NCBI GenBank assembly: GCA_013289145.1
Contig: JABDAM010000002.1
Span: 7,653-71,652 of the forward strand
Source: Alphaproteobacteria bacterium
GTDB lineage: Bacteria > Pseudomonadota > Alphaproteobacteria > UBA11073
Length of the DNA: 64,000 nt
Reading direction: 5' to 3'
Position numbers and translations under genes: made by a program. The notes under the pieces are model-generated. The model saw only the letters and a list, made by a program, of their open reading frames with translations, was not told where the DNA came from and did no database searches. Position 1 is the stretch's first letter. Each line of letters begins with the position of its first letter. Below, one piece after another: positions 39,415-49,347 of this stretch.

Positions 39415-40977
39415 TCAATAAATCCCTTCAATTTCCGGCATCAGGATAGGCGCGCGGTCGAGCGGCGGAGTGAGAGCGACAAGGCCGTCGCAGCCCAAGC
39501 TTTCCAAATCCGCCGCTGCCGCCAAAAACGCTTCCCGCAATTCCGGCGAAATCATCGCGCGGGTGAGTTTATCAAATTTGCCGATGTAATTTTCACGTCC
39601 CCAGGGCGTGGCGCCATAACAATGGGCGTTAGCGCGTTCCTTCGTCACCTCGATATCCGGCGTGCCGTCGGTGAAAGAAAAAATGAGGCGCCCGCCCATC
39701 GCCTGTTCACGCGGATCCGTTGAGTGATATTTGCGTTCCCATTCAGCATCGAATTTCGTTTCGACCTTGAGCATCAATTCGCGCAGTTCGGATTTTTCGT
39801 TTTCCGGAATATCATAAACATCCTCATCCCACCGCCCGAGTTGCAGCGCGCGCGCAATCGCGAACATAATGGAATGGTCGAGCGTCCCGCGCGGTGCATC
39901 GGGATCGACCTTTTGCGGATCTTTCGCGTCCGTGCCGATGACGTGGTGCGTGTGGTGCGATGTTTCCAGCACGACTTTTTTAATCTTGGTCAAATCCTGC
40001 GGCAGTTTTAATTTCACTTCCAATACAGCATCAATAATCGCCTGGCCTTGATATTCAAAGGCATGCTCTTTGGGATAAGTCATCAGGATGTTTTTAAATT
40101 TCCCTTTGCCCGGCGCGGCCAATTCCACCTGATATTCCGCCTTGGGATCATCGCGGCCATTCAGAAACCGGCGAATTAAACTGTCCTCGCCTTCATAAAC
40201 CGGATTGGGGCCGATCAGACCGTGCATTGCGTTATTTACCGCTTCAATTGAAATTTCCGCCGAATACCCCGGCACGAATTCTTTTTGCGCGCCGATTTCG
40301 CCCTTGCGCGATTGGCGCGACGAGACCGAATTATGCACCGCGAAATTCACCGCGTGATAAATCTGCTCGACAGGCAAATTCAGCATCGCGCCGATCCCCG
40401 ACGCCGATGCCGCCGCGATATGGGTCATGTGATCGACTTTATGTTTATGCAATGAAATCCCCGTGCCGCCGCCCGTGCCGACCAGCGCGACATGAATTTC
40501 ATAAGCCACCGCGATGCCGCGCATCAGGTCTGCACCACTAGCGCCGCATTGCTGCGCCACCGCCAGGAGCGGCGAAATATTATCATCCGGATGCGAATAT
40601 TCCGCCGCCAAATAGGTATCGTCCTGGTCCCGGAACCGCACCGCCGCCGCATTGTGAAACGCCGCCTGCGAAACACCGTATTCGCCGCCTATGCCGTAAA
40701 GTGTCGCAGCGCCCGTCCCCTTGCTCGCCACCGCTTTTTGCCGCGCGACCTGGATGGGGATTTCATTAATCGCGGCCAAGGCAATCGCCGCGTTGTCAAT
40801 GATGCGGTTGATAACCATGTCTTTCACATCATCCGGCAAAGTTATTTCACCCGCCCGCGCCGCGACCTCCGCGATTTTCCACGCGAGTTGTTCCTCGCGC
40901 GCTAATTGTCCGCCTGCGGAAACCGCTTTTACGATATGTATTTTTGTCATCATCCGATGCATACAAGATTCAAACAA
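39415..40977 (-). CDS. MmgE/PrpD family protein (2-methylcitrate dehydratase-like)
   Basis: Size and motifs are typical of PrpD (AAFHNAAAVRFRDQDDTYL...HPDDNISPLLAVAQ). Several in-frame Met codons (M1, M6, M9, M10) leave the start uncertain by up to 27 nt. Confidence 0.8.
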   Translation of the reverse strand: MFESCMHRMMTKIHIVKAVSAGGQLAREEQLAWKIAEVAARAGEITLPDDVKDMVINRIIDNAAIALAAINEIPIQVARQKAVASKGTGAATLYGIGGEYGVSQAAFHNAAAVRFRDQDDTYLAAEYSHPDDNISPLLAVAQQCGASGADLMRGIAVAYEIHVALVGTGGGTGISLHKHKVDHMTHIAAASASGIGAMLNLPVEQIYHAVNFAVHNSVSSRQSRKGEIGAQKEFVPGYSAEISIEAVNNAMHGLIGPNPVYEGEDSLIRRFLNGRDDPKAEYQVELAAPGKGKFKNILMTYPKEHAFEYQGQAIIDAVLEVKLKLPQDLTKIKKVVLETSHHTHHVIGTDAKDPQKVDPDAPRGTLDHSIMFAIARALQLGRWDEDVYDIPENEKSELRELMLKVETKFDAEWERKYHSTDPREQAMGGRLIFSFTDGTPDIEVTKERANAHCYGATPWGRENYIGKFDKLTRAMISPELREAFLAAAADLESLGCDGLVALTPPLDRAPILMPEIEGIY

Positions 40978-41041
40978 ATTTTACCATGCAAACAGACTGT
41001 TACCCCGGCCTTCGACATAATCACGGTGCTTGAGAATGCGG

Positions 41042-41743
41042 TTAAGCACGAAACCCAGTCGCCACCAAATACATCTCCGCACTATCCTTGCGGCTGGCGG
41101 GAGGCTTGATATGCCGCACTTTTTCGAATTGCTGTTTTAATGGCGTCAGGATTTTATGATCCGCGCCGCCCTGGAAAACTTTACAAACGAAGGCGCCGCC
41201 GGGGGCCAGGACTTGGCGCGCGAAAACATAAGCTTCCTCCGCCAAAGCCATAATCCGCAAATGGTCCGTGCGGCCGTGACCGATGGTGTTAGGCGCGATG
41301 TCGGACATGACCAAATTCACTTTGCGGCCGCCGATCATGGCAAGTAATTTTTGCTGTATTTCTTCATCCGAAAAATCACCCTGCAAAAATTCCACATCGG
41401 GCAGCGGCTTCATTTCCAGAATATCCATCGCGATAATGGTGCCTTTTTTGCCGAGTTTTTGCGCCGCGATTTGCGACCAGCCGCCGGGCGCCGCGCCCAA
41501 ATCCACCACCACCGCGCCGGGACGGAAAAAATGACACTTTTCATCCAGCTGCAAAATCTTAAAAGCCGCGCGTGACCGATACCCCAGCCGCTGCGCCTCC
41601 GCCACATAAGGATCGTTCAACTGCCGCTGCACCCAGGCGCGAGAGGACTTGGACAGGCTTTTGTTCTTCGCTGTCTGCTTTTGCTGGCGGCCGCGTATTT
41701 GTTTTGCGGACGTCCGCCCGTGGGGTGGTTGTGTAATCGCCAT
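41042..41743 (-). CDS. rlmE: 23S rRNA 2'-O-ribose U2552 methyltransferase RlmE/FtsJ
   Basis: SSRAWVQRQLNDPYV, YRSRAAFKILQLDEK, VVDLGAAPGGWSQ, and DIAPNTIGH. Confidence 0.9.
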   Translation of the reverse strand: MAITQPPHGRTSAKQIRGRQQKQTAKNKSLSKSSRAWVQRQLNDPYVAEAQRLGYRSRAAFKILQLDEKCHFFRPGAVVVDLGAAPGGWSQIAAQKLGKKGTIIAMDILEMKPLPDVEFLQGDFSDEEIQQKLLAMIGGRKVNLVMSDIAPNTIGHGRTDHLRIMALAEEAYVFARQVLAPGGAFVCKVFQGGADHKILTPLKQQFEKVRHIKPPASRKDSAEMYLVATGFRA

Positions 41744-41817
41744 ACATTCACCTATACAATTTTATCAAAAATTGCTAAAGTTATTTCCCTTTACCCGCAT
41801 CTTTTGAGACCGCCCCA

Positions 41818-44712
41818 ATGACGACCGCACCCGCCCTGAACGCCTCCAACATTGCATATATCGCTGGCCTCTACGAAAAGTATCAGCATAATCCGCAAAG
41901 CATCGACACCAGCTGGTCGGAATATTTCGACGCGCTGCGCGAGGATGAGATTGCCATGCTGGCAGAGGTAACCGGCGCGAGCTGGACGCCACGGCGCGCG
42001 AAGTTGCCGGATGAGATTGCGCTGCCGGAAAAAAAGCGAGAGGCAAGAGGCGAGAAGCGAGAAAGTGCGTCGCCGACGGCGGATCTGCAACAGGCGTTAT
42101 TGGATTCCATCCGCGTGCGTTCGCTGGTGCGCGCTTTCCGCACGAATGGCCATTTCGCCGCGAACCTCGATCCGCTGGGCATTGAGAAGCCGAAAGATCT
42201 ACCGGATCTGAAACCGGAATTTTACGGCTTTACCAGCGCGGATTACGACCGCCCGATTTTCGTCAACGGTCTGTTCGGCAATCAGCACATGACCGTGCGC
42301 GCCCTGGTGGCGACGTTGCGCGAAACCTATTGCGGCGACCTTGGCGTGGAGTTTGAACATATTCAGGATCACGCCCAGCGCGACTGGTTGAAAGCGCGCA
42401 TGGAAGCCACGCATAACCATCCGAAATTTTCTAAAGAAGAAAAACAGCAAATCCTGGAAGAAGTCACGGCGGCGGAAGGCCTGGAAAAATTCCTGGGCAA
42501 AAAATTCGTCGGCACCAAGCGTTTCGGGCTGGACGGCGGCGAGAGCACCATTGCGGCGATTGAAGAAATCCTGCGCACCGGCGCAAAGATGGGCGTGGCC
42601 GAGGCGATTTTCGGCATGGCGCACCGCGGGCGCTTGAACGTCCTTACCAACGTCATGAAAAAACCTTACAAAGCCCTGTTTTCGGAATTCCAGGGCACAC
42701 CGCCTGTCCCCACTGACATGATCGGCGCGGGCGACGTGAAATATCACATGGGCGCATCGGCAGACCGCAACATCGCTGGCAATGCAGTACACCTGTCGCT
42801 CACCGCCAACCCGTCGCATTTGGAAGCGGTCAATCCGCTCGTCCACGGCAAAACACGCGCGAAACAAAGCCTGCGCGGCGATATCGAACGCAAACAAGTT
42901 TTGGGCATCTTGCTCCACGGCGACGCGGCAATCGCGGGCCAGGGCATGGTGGCGGAATGTTTGATGCTGGCGGAACTCAAAGGCTACCGCGTCGGCGGCA
43001 CGGTGCATATCGTGATCAATAACCAGATCGGCTTCACCACTTCGCCTGGTTATTCGCGTTCATCGCCTTATCCCACCGACATCACCAAAATGGTCGCGCC
43101 GCCGATTTTCCACGTCAACGGCGACAATCCCGAAGCCGTCGTGCACGCCGCGCGCCTGGCGATTGAATTCCGCCAGACGTTTAATAAAGACGCGGTGCTG
43201 GATATCTTCTGTTACCGCCGTTTCGGTCATAATGAGAGCGACGAGCCGGCCTTCACACAGCCCATTATGTATTCGATCATCCGCGACAAAAAATCCGTAC
43301 GCGCGATGTATGCCGAACGCCTGAATGCCGAAGGCGCATTGACGGCGGATGAAACCGCGAAGATCGATAACGATTTCCAGAACCTTTTGGAAAACGAATT
43401 CGAAGCCGCGAAAAATTATAAACCCAACAAAGCCGACTGGCTGGAAGGCGCCTGGACAGGCTTTGCCGCCGCGCCGAACGAAGCGCCGCGCCGCGGCACG
43501 ACGGGCGTGAGCAAAGACGCCGCCGAACGCGTCGCCAAAGCCATTACGCAAGTGCCGTCCGATTTCAACATCAACGCCAAAATCGCGCGCCAGCTCCAGG
43601 CCAAAGCCGAAATGTTCAAGAGCGGTGAAGGTTTTGATTGGGCCACCGCCGAGGCACTCGCGTTCGGCACGTTACTCGACGAAGGTTTCCCCGTCCGCCT
43701 GTCCGGCCAGGATGCGGGGCGCGGAACCTTTTCGCAACGCCACGCGGTTTTAACGGATCAGATGAGCGAGGCGCGCTACGTCCCGCTCGACCACATCCGC
43801 CCGAGCCAGGCAAAGGCCGAAATCATCGACAGCCCATTATCCGAAGCCGCCGTACTGGGTTTTGAATACGGTTACACCATGGCATCACCCAAAGCGCTCG
43901 TGCTGTGGGAAGGCCAGTTCGGCGATTTCGTCAATGGCGCGCAGGTCATCATCGACCAGTTCATTGCCAGCGCGGAAAGCAAATGGCTGCGCATGTCAGG
44001 CATCGTCATGCTCCTGCCGCACGGTTACGAAGGCCAGGGGCCGGAGCATTCCTCCGCGCGAATGGAGCGCTTCCTGCAACTTTGCGCCGAAGACAATATG
44101 CAGGTCGCAAACTGCACCACGCCTGCAAGTTATTTTCACATCCTGCGCCGCCAGATGCACCGGAATTTCCGCAAACCGCTGGTCATTATGACGCCGAAAT
44201 CTTTGCTGCGTCACAAGCTGGCCGTATCACCGCTGAAAATGATGCTGGAGCCGGAAACCTTCCACCGCGTGCTGCATGATGATGTTTTGCCGAAAGATCC
44301 CAAGGCGATCCGCCGCGTGGTTTTATGCAGCGGCAAGGTTTATTACGACCTGCTCGAAGCCCAACAGGAAAGCGGCGCGTCGGATGTAACTTTCCTGCGC
44401 CTGGAACAAATCTATCCTTTCCCGGCCGACGTGCTGGCGATCGAACTGGCGAAATATCCCAACGCCGAAATCGTCTGGTGCCAGGAAGAGCCCGCGAACA
44501 TGGGTGCCTGGACGTTTGTGGATCGCCGCATCGAAGCCGTGCTGGAAGAAATCAATCACCCCACCTCAAGCCGCCCCCGCTACATCGGCCGCCCCGACGC
44601 CGCATCGCCCGCGACGGGTTATGCAAAACGGCATGAAATGGAACAAAAAGCGTTGGTTGCCGCGGCGCTGGACACCGGCAGCGTGAAAAGCAAAAAAGCG
44701 GCGAAGGCGTAA
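41818..44712 (+). CDS. sucA: 2-oxoglutarate dehydrogenase E1 component
   Basis: 964 aa with canonical blocks (NGHFAANLDPLG, RFGLDGGES, GMAHRGRLNVL, LHGDAAIAGQG, RRFGHNESDEP, HGYEGQGPEHSSAR). Confidence 0.97.
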   Translation: MTTAPALNASNIAYIAGLYEKYQHNPQSIDTSWSEYFDALREDEIAMLAEVTGASWTPRRAKLPDEIALPEKKREARGEKRESASPTADLQQALLDSIRVRSLVRAFRTNGHFAANLDPLGIEKPKDLPDLKPEFYGFTSADYDRPIFVNGLFGNQHMTVRALVATLRETYCGDLGVEFEHIQDHAQRDWLKARMEATHNHPKFSKEEKQQILEEVTAAEGLEKFLGKKFVGTKRFGLDGGESTIAAIEEILRTGAKMGVAEAIFGMAHRGRLNVLTNVMKKPYKALFSEFQGTPPVPTDMIGAGDVKYHMGASADRNIAGNAVHLSLTANPSHLEAVNPLVHGKTRAKQSLRGDIERKQVLGILLHGDAAIAGQGMVAECLMLAELKGYRVGGTVHIVINNQIGFTTSPGYSRSSPYPTDITKMVAPPIFHVNGDNPEAVVHAARLAIEFRQTFNKDAVLDIFCYRRFGHNESDEPAFTQPIMYSIIRDKKSVRAMYAERLNAEGALTADETAKIDNDFQNLLENEFEAAKNYKPNKADWLEGAWTGFAAAPNEAPRRGTTGVSKDAAERVAKAITQVPSDFNINAKIARQLQAKAEMFKSGEGFDWATAEALAFGTLLDEGFPVRLSGQDAGRGTFSQRHAVLTDQMSEARYVPLDHIRPSQAKAEIIDSPLSEAAVLGFEYGYTMASPKALVLWEGQFGDFVNGAQVIIDQFIASAESKWLRMSGIVMLLPHGYEGQGPEHSSARMERFLQLCAEDNMQVANCTTPASYFHILRRQMHRNFRKPLVIMTPKSLLRHKLAVSPLKMMLEPETFHRVLHDDVLPKDPKAIRRVVLCSGKVYYDLLEAQQESGASDVTFLRLEQIYPFPADVLAIELAKYPNAEIVWCQEEPANMGAWTFVDRRIEAVLEEINHPTSSRPRYIGRPDAASPATGYAKRHEMEQKALVAAALDTGSVKSKKAAKA
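42035..42062. repeat. Four tandem heptamers AGCGAGA GGCAAGA GGCGAGA AGCGAGA inside sucA (reverse complement of the TCTCGCC family)
   Basis: Read directly. They encode ..KREARGEKRE.. in the sucA frame. There is a 12-nt exact match (gaggcgagaagc, 42047-42058) to the reverse complement of 33847-33858. Confidence 0.7.
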
Positions 44713-44720
44713 TGGTAAAA

Positions 44721-44794
44721 GGGAGTCCGGGGAGTATGCGTGAGTTTCCTCTCACATTTTCTCCCGCGCGTAGCGCGCACTCCCTTTACTCCCC
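44721..44794. repeat. Nested palindromes in the sucA-sucB spacer (GGGAGT/GGGGAGT ... ACTCCC/ACTCCCC)
   Basis: gggagtccggggagt at 44721-35 faces actccctttactcccc at 44779-94. Inner hairpins are gtgag-tttcct-ctcac and gcgcg-tag-cgcgc. Confidence 0.55.
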
Positions 44795-44843
44795 GGCCTA
44801 TCTGCGCCAAATTACGGACACGAAATCACAATAAAGGTATCAC

Positions 44844-46046
44844 ATGGCTGAAGCGTTGAAAGTTCCCGCACTTGGAGAATCCGTCTCCGAGGCAACCGTA
44901 TCCAAATGGCTGAAAAAGGTTGGAGATGCGGTGAAGCGTGATGAACCGCTGGTGGAGCTGGAAACCGACAAAGTCACCGTTGAAGTCAACGCGCCGTCCG
45001 ACGGCGTTCTGGCTGAAATCAGCGCCGCCGAAGGCGCGCAGGTTGAGCCCGGCGCAACCATCGGCCAGATTTCCGCCGATGCCAAAGGCGTGAGCAAAGC
45101 CGCTGCGCCGCAGGCTACGGCACCCATTGCCAAAGCCGCGCCTGTCGCGAACGATCCACAACCTGGCCCCGCCGCGCGCAAAGCGTTGGACGAAGCCAAC
45201 CTGAAAGCCAGCAATGTCCCCGGCACCGGCAAAGACGGCCGCGTGACCAAAGGCGATATTTCAGCTTATCAATCAACGCCGCAGCAGCCGCAAACACCGC
45301 AAAATCTCCCCTCTCCCCTCTCCCCTCTCGCTTCTGCGCCGAAAGGCGCCCGCGAAGAACGCGTAAAAATGACCCGCCTGCGCCAGACCATCGCCGCGCG
45401 CCTGAAGGAATCCCAAAACACCGCCGCGATGCTGACCACATTCAACGAAATTGATATGTCAGCCGCCATGGCGATGCGCAAAACCTACGGCGAGAAATTC
45501 GCTGAAACGCACGGCGTGAAACTCGGCTTTATGTCCCTATTCACCAAAGCCGCGGTGAAAGCATTGCAAGAATTCCCCGCCGTGAATGCGGAAATCTCCG
45601 GCGATGAAATCATTTACAAAAACCATTACGATATTTCCGTCGCCGTTTCGACGCCAGCGGGACTGGTTGTTCCCGTCATCCGCGATGCCGACCAGCTGTC
45701 ATTGGCAGGCATTGAAAAAACCATCGTCGACCTCGGCACGCGCGCGCGCGACGGCAAGCTTGCCATCGCGGATATGCAGGGCGGCACATTTACGATTACC
45801 AACGGCGGCATTTTCGGCTCACTGTTATCCACACCCATCATCAACGCGCCGCAAACCGGCATCCTGGGCCTGCATAAAATCGAAGAACGCGCGGTCGTGC
45901 AAAACGGCCAGATCGTCGCGCGTCCGATGATGTATGTCGCGCTGTCCTATGATCACCGCCTGATCGACGGGCGCGAAGCCGTCTCCTTTCTCGTGCGCAT
46001 TAAAGAAGCGCTGGAAGATCCCGCGCGCATGCTGCTGGAAATCTGA
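44844..46046 (+). CDS. sucB: Dihydrolipoamide succinyltransferase (E2 of 2-oxoglutarate dehydrogenase)
   Basis: Lipoyl domain [17 protein letters not shown]3-binding [13 protein letters not shown], and catalytic [14 protein letters not shown]. Confidence 0.95.
   Translation: MAEALKVPALGESVSEATVSKWLKKVGDAVKRDEPLVELETDKVTVEVNAPSDGVLAEISAAEGAQVEPGATIGQISADAKGVSKAAAPQATAPIAKAAPVANDPQPGPAARKALDEANLKASNVPGTGKDGRVTKGDISAYQSTPQQPQTPQNLPSPLSPLASAPKGAREERVKMTRLRQTIAARLKESQNTAAMLTTFNEIDMSAAMAMRKTYGEKFAETHGVKLGFMSLFTKAAVKALQEFPAVNAEISGDEIIYKNHYDISVAVSTPAGLVVPVIRDADQLSLAGIEKTIVDLGTRARDGKLAIADMQGGTFTITNGGIFGSLLSTPIINAPQTGILGLHKIEERAVVQNGQIVARPMMYVALSYDHRLIDGREAVSFLVRIKEALEDPARMLLEI
45305..45339. repeat. 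Five tandem heptamers TCTCCCC x3, TCTCGCT, TCTGCGC inside the sucB linker
   Basis: Read directly. They encode ..[12 protein letters not shown].. between the E3-binding and catalytic domains. Confidence 0.7.
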
Positions 46047-46256
46047 TCGCGGCAAAAATTGCCGGGCATTGGGCCTCAGATTTTTCCGGCGGCGAAAATA
46101 ACGTCTCTTCCCATGCGTCCGCATGAATGGAATTAACGCAATAGCAAGGAATTACCGCGGAAATCCGCCAAAAATTTAAAATAAATTCACCGCGAATTAT
46201 TCATAAATCCGTAATTTTTCCCTGTTGTAATGAACTTGTAACAGGAGGAGAACCCT

Positions 46257-46586
46257 ATGTCTTTTATCACTCTGCACCAGGAAAACGGTTTGTGCGGCTA
46301 TGAAATGAGCCTGATCAATACCGAGCAAGTCGCATCCGTCAGCCCCATTATGGGCGCGAATAAATGGTTCGTACAAACCTCGCACGCATGTGTGCGTCTG
46401 ACTAACGGCACCGCCATCAACGTGCGCGAAACGGTCGAAGCCGTTATCAAAATTCTGGAAGATTCCAAATTGCTGCACAAACACGCGCCAGAGAAAACCC
46501 ACGAAAAAACTCAGGCTGAAGTCAGCCTGCCCCACGCGGCGCTGGCCATCCACGAACTGGCGCAAAAAGCCGCCGCGGCATGGTAG
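46257..46586 (+). CDS. Hypothetical 109-aa protein
   Basis: ORF preceded by a strong RBS (cAGGAGGAGaaccctATG). No motif recognised. Confidence 0.45.
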   Translation: MSFITLHQENGLCGYEMSLINTEQVASVSPIMGANKWFVQTSHACVRLTNGTAINVRETVEAVIKILEDSKLLHKHAPEKTHEKTQAEVSLPHAALAIHELAQKAAAAW

Positions 46587-49202
46587 TCACCCCGTAACAA
46601 CCGGCGCAATGGCTGGATAGTCATTGCGCGCGGCGGGCAGGATGTTGGCCACCGCCATAAGCGTAGCCGCAGCATAGGGCAAAGCCTGCACCAGCAAGAG
46701 CACGCTCCAGGTCACCGCCTGCATATTCGCCCAGGTGGCCGCCGTCGGCACGGCAATGGCAAGCACAACGAGCGCAACCAGCAAAATAATCTCATTCCGC
46801 GCCATCAGCCAAACCTGTTGCAACATCGGCTGACCCTCAAGTTTCGGCGTGCGGATAAAGGGTTTATCCTTGCTCCACAATCCCGCCAAAATCGCGCGCC
46901 CGACGGTGAATGACAACGACATCCCCGCAATCGCCGCGCCGATGCGTTCGGATAATCTGCATTTCACCAAGCGGCTATAAAGCCAGAATGAAAAGACCAG
47001 TTTCGCCGCGAACGCCGCGATAGTCGGCACCATAAACATCGTCGGCGGGAAACCGAAAATCTTGGGAATAATCAAATCGCCGATCGACCAGAAAATACTT
47101 GCCAGCACAAAAATCAAATGCGCCCCATCCGCCAGCCACGGCAGCCAGCCCGCGACGAAATGATATTTCTGCCCCAGCGTCAATTTATTATGCCCGGGCA
47201 AAAATTCGCGCCAATGTTTTTTGATGATCTGCATCGCGCCGTAAGCCCAGCGGAAACGCTGAGACTTATAGGCCGCAAAAGTATCCGGTGTCAGGCCCCG
47301 CCCAAAGGGTTCCGGACAATAAACCGCATCCAAACCATCCTGGAACAAACGCAAGCCAAGCTCCGCATCCTCCGTAATGCACCATTCCGCCCAGCCATAA
47401 GTATGTTGCAGCGCGGTTTTGCGGATCATCGTCATCGTGCCGTGCTGAATGATCGCGTTACGTTCATTGCGCTGCACCATGCCGATTTTGAAAAAGCCTT
47501 CGTATTCCCAGTTGCACATCGTCTTAAACGCATTGCCGCGCCAGTCACGGTAAGCCTGCGGCGATTGCACCACACCAACCTTGTCATCATGAAAATACGG
47601 CACCATGGACGCGAGCCAATCGGGCTCCACCGCGTAATCGCTGTCGATCACCGCGATGATTTCCGCATCCGCCGCCGTGTGTGACAGCGCGTAATTCAGC
47701 GCGCCCGCTTTAAAACCCGGCCAGGACGGCAGGTGATAAAAATGAAACCGCGCGCCGAGCTGCTTGCAATGTTCTTCCAGCGGCCGCCAAATGGCTTCGT
47801 CCCGGGTGTTGTTATCAATGACCAAGACTTCAAAATTCGGATAATTTAACGCGGCGAGATGATTAAGCGTATTAATCACCATCTCCGGCGGTTCGTTATA
47901 ACAGGGCACATGGATGGAAACCTTGGGCGCATTCGCCAGATCCGCGCCGCGCAGGGGCTCGAACTTGCGCAAGAATTTTTGTTTCCACAGCATCTCTGTC
48001 ATTTCAAAACCGTCGAACAGCGTGACCGCCACCATGATAACCTGCGCGAACACCAACAACGACCAGGCAATGCCGATAGATAATAACAATGCCTCCGTTA
48101 CAACTTCCGCCACGGTTAAAACGATCAATGATGAAAATGCCATAATCAGCATACAATAAAATATCTGACCCCACACACGCACATCCTGGCGGCGGCCGAG
48201 GAAGAACAGCATAAAGGGCAAGGCCAGAAACGCGGAAAAAGCGAATAACCGCTGCCAATGTTCGTTTTCGTGAATGGCGCCTTCCATTGAAAATTTCAAC
48301 ACGCGGTCGGAATTGAAAATACCCCACGCCGTTCCCACAGGCCCTTCCAGCGCGTATTTCCACGGCTGATCAAAGGCTTCCATAATCGTGTAATCGATGC
48401 CGCGGCGATGCGCTTCGTTTAAAAATTCACGGATAAAACGCGCCTGGTTCACCAGGCTGGGCTCCGCGCCCATCATCCATGGGCCGGTGGATGGCCAGCC
48501 GACCTCCGCCAATAAAATCTTTTTATCCGGATAAGCGGCTTTCAGTTCATCATAACGGCGGAAGACGTGGTCCACCGCATGATCAATCGGCACGCCTTCC
48601 CAATAAGGCAAAACGTGCACCGCGATGAAATCAGAAGCCTTCACCAATTCCGGATGCGCGAGCCAGGTTTGCCAAACCTCCGCCGTTGAAATGGGTTGGC
48701 GCACCTGCTTTTTCACGCTCTTGATAATATCAACCATCTCCGCCGCGGTTTTATCGCCGCGCAAAATTGCTTCGTTGCCGATAAAACCTGCCGTCACCGT
48801 ACCGCGGTTTTCCTTCATCACTTTAACGAACTCGGCCAATTCCTGTTGATTGCGGTCTTCGCGTTTATCAATCCAGGCGCCCAGCGTGACTTTTAAATCA
48901 TATTCCTTGGCCAATTTTGGAATAACATCCAAACCATCCAGCACCGAATAAGTCCGCACGCCGTAGCCGTAATCGGAAATAAATTCCAAATCGCGGCGGA
49001 TCTCATCCTCGGTCGGAAACTTTCCCGTTATCGGATTTTCGTTTTTCTGATAAGGCGCGAATGAAAACGATTTCACCACGCCGCCTTCCCACGCCATTTC
49101 CTTGATCGCCGGATTGCCGACCCACCAGGCGAGATAAGCCACCACCAAAACCCCTGCCACCACCATCATGGCGCTCGACATTTGTCCTAATTTTTTGATC
49201 AT
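46587..49202 (-). CDS. Bifunctional GH17 glucan hydrolase/transglycosylase + processive GT2 glucan synthase (NdvB-like)
   Basis: The N-terminal half has GH17 motifs (FIGNEAIL and LLAEVGWPSTG). The TM region is followed by GT2 motifs (VSIHVPCYNEP, VIDSDY, QRFRWAYG). P. aeruginosa/Bradyrhizobium NdvB has the same two-domain layout. Confidence 0.8.
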   Translation of the reverse strand: MIKKLGQMSSAMMVVAGVLVVAYLAWWVGNPAIKEMAWEGGVVKSFSFAPYQKNENPITGKFPTEDEIRRDLEFISDYGYGVRTYSVLDGLDVIPKLAKEYDLKVTLGAWIDKREDRNQQELAEFVKVMKENRGTVTAGFIGNEAILRGDKTAAEMVDIIKSVKKQVRQPISTAEVWQTWLAHPELVKASDFIAVHVLPYWEGVPIDHAVDHVFRRYDELKAAYPDKKILLAEVGWPSTGPWMMGAEPSLVNQARFIREFLNEAHRRGIDYTIMEAFDQPWKYALEGPVGTAWGIFNSDRVLKFSMEGAIHENEHWQRLFAFSAFLALPFMLFFLGRRQDVRVWGQIFYCMLIMAFSSLIVLTVAEVVTEALLLSIGIAWSLLVFAQVIMVAVTLFDGFEMTEMLWKQKFLRKFEPLRGADLANAPKVSIHVPCYNEPPEMVINTLNHLAALNYPNFEVLVIDNNTRDEAIWRPLEEHCKQLGARFHFYHLPSWPGFKAGALNYALSHTAADAEIIAVIDSDYAVEPDWLASMVPYFHDDKVGVVQSPQAYRDWRGNAFKTMCNWEYEGFFKIGMVQRNERNAIIQHGTMTMIRKTALQHTYGWAEWCITEDAELGLRLFQDGLDAVYCPEPFGRGLTPDTFAAYKSQRFRWAYGAMQIIKKHWREFLPGHNKLTLGQKYHFVAGWLPWLADGAHLIFVLASIFWSIGDLIIPKIFGFPPTMFMVPTIAAFAAKLVFSFWLYSRLVKCRLSERIGAAIAGMSLSFTVGRAILAGLWSKDKPFIRTPKLEGQPMLQQVWLMARNEIILLVALVVLAIAVPTAATWANMQAVTWSVLLLVQALPYAAATLMAVANILPAARNDYPAIAPVVTG

Positions 49203-49212
49203 ACTTTTTCCT

Positions 49213-49347
49213 TTGTCATCCCGGAAACTAGCGCAGCTTGGCGCTTGCGCCTAGCAGAGCTGTTATCCGGGATCCCGTGACAATTAATTTCTCAACTTTC
49301 ATGGGATCCCGGATCTTCGTGCTAACGCACTTCGTCCGGGATGACAA
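49213..49347 (-). repeat. 135-bp MITE-like palindromic element, copy B (inverted relative to copy A)
   Basis: TTGTCATCCCGG...CCGGGATGACAA. Its first half aligns with the reverse complement of the second half of copy A, and its second half with the reverse complement of the first half. It abuts the GH13 stop codon. Confidence 0.7.

Noticed and set aside
46047-46256. Expected lpdA (E3) gene after sucB
   Set aside because: No such ORF is present. The spacer leads into an unrelated 109-aa hypothetical gene, so E3 must be encoded elsewhere. This is not an anomaly by itself.
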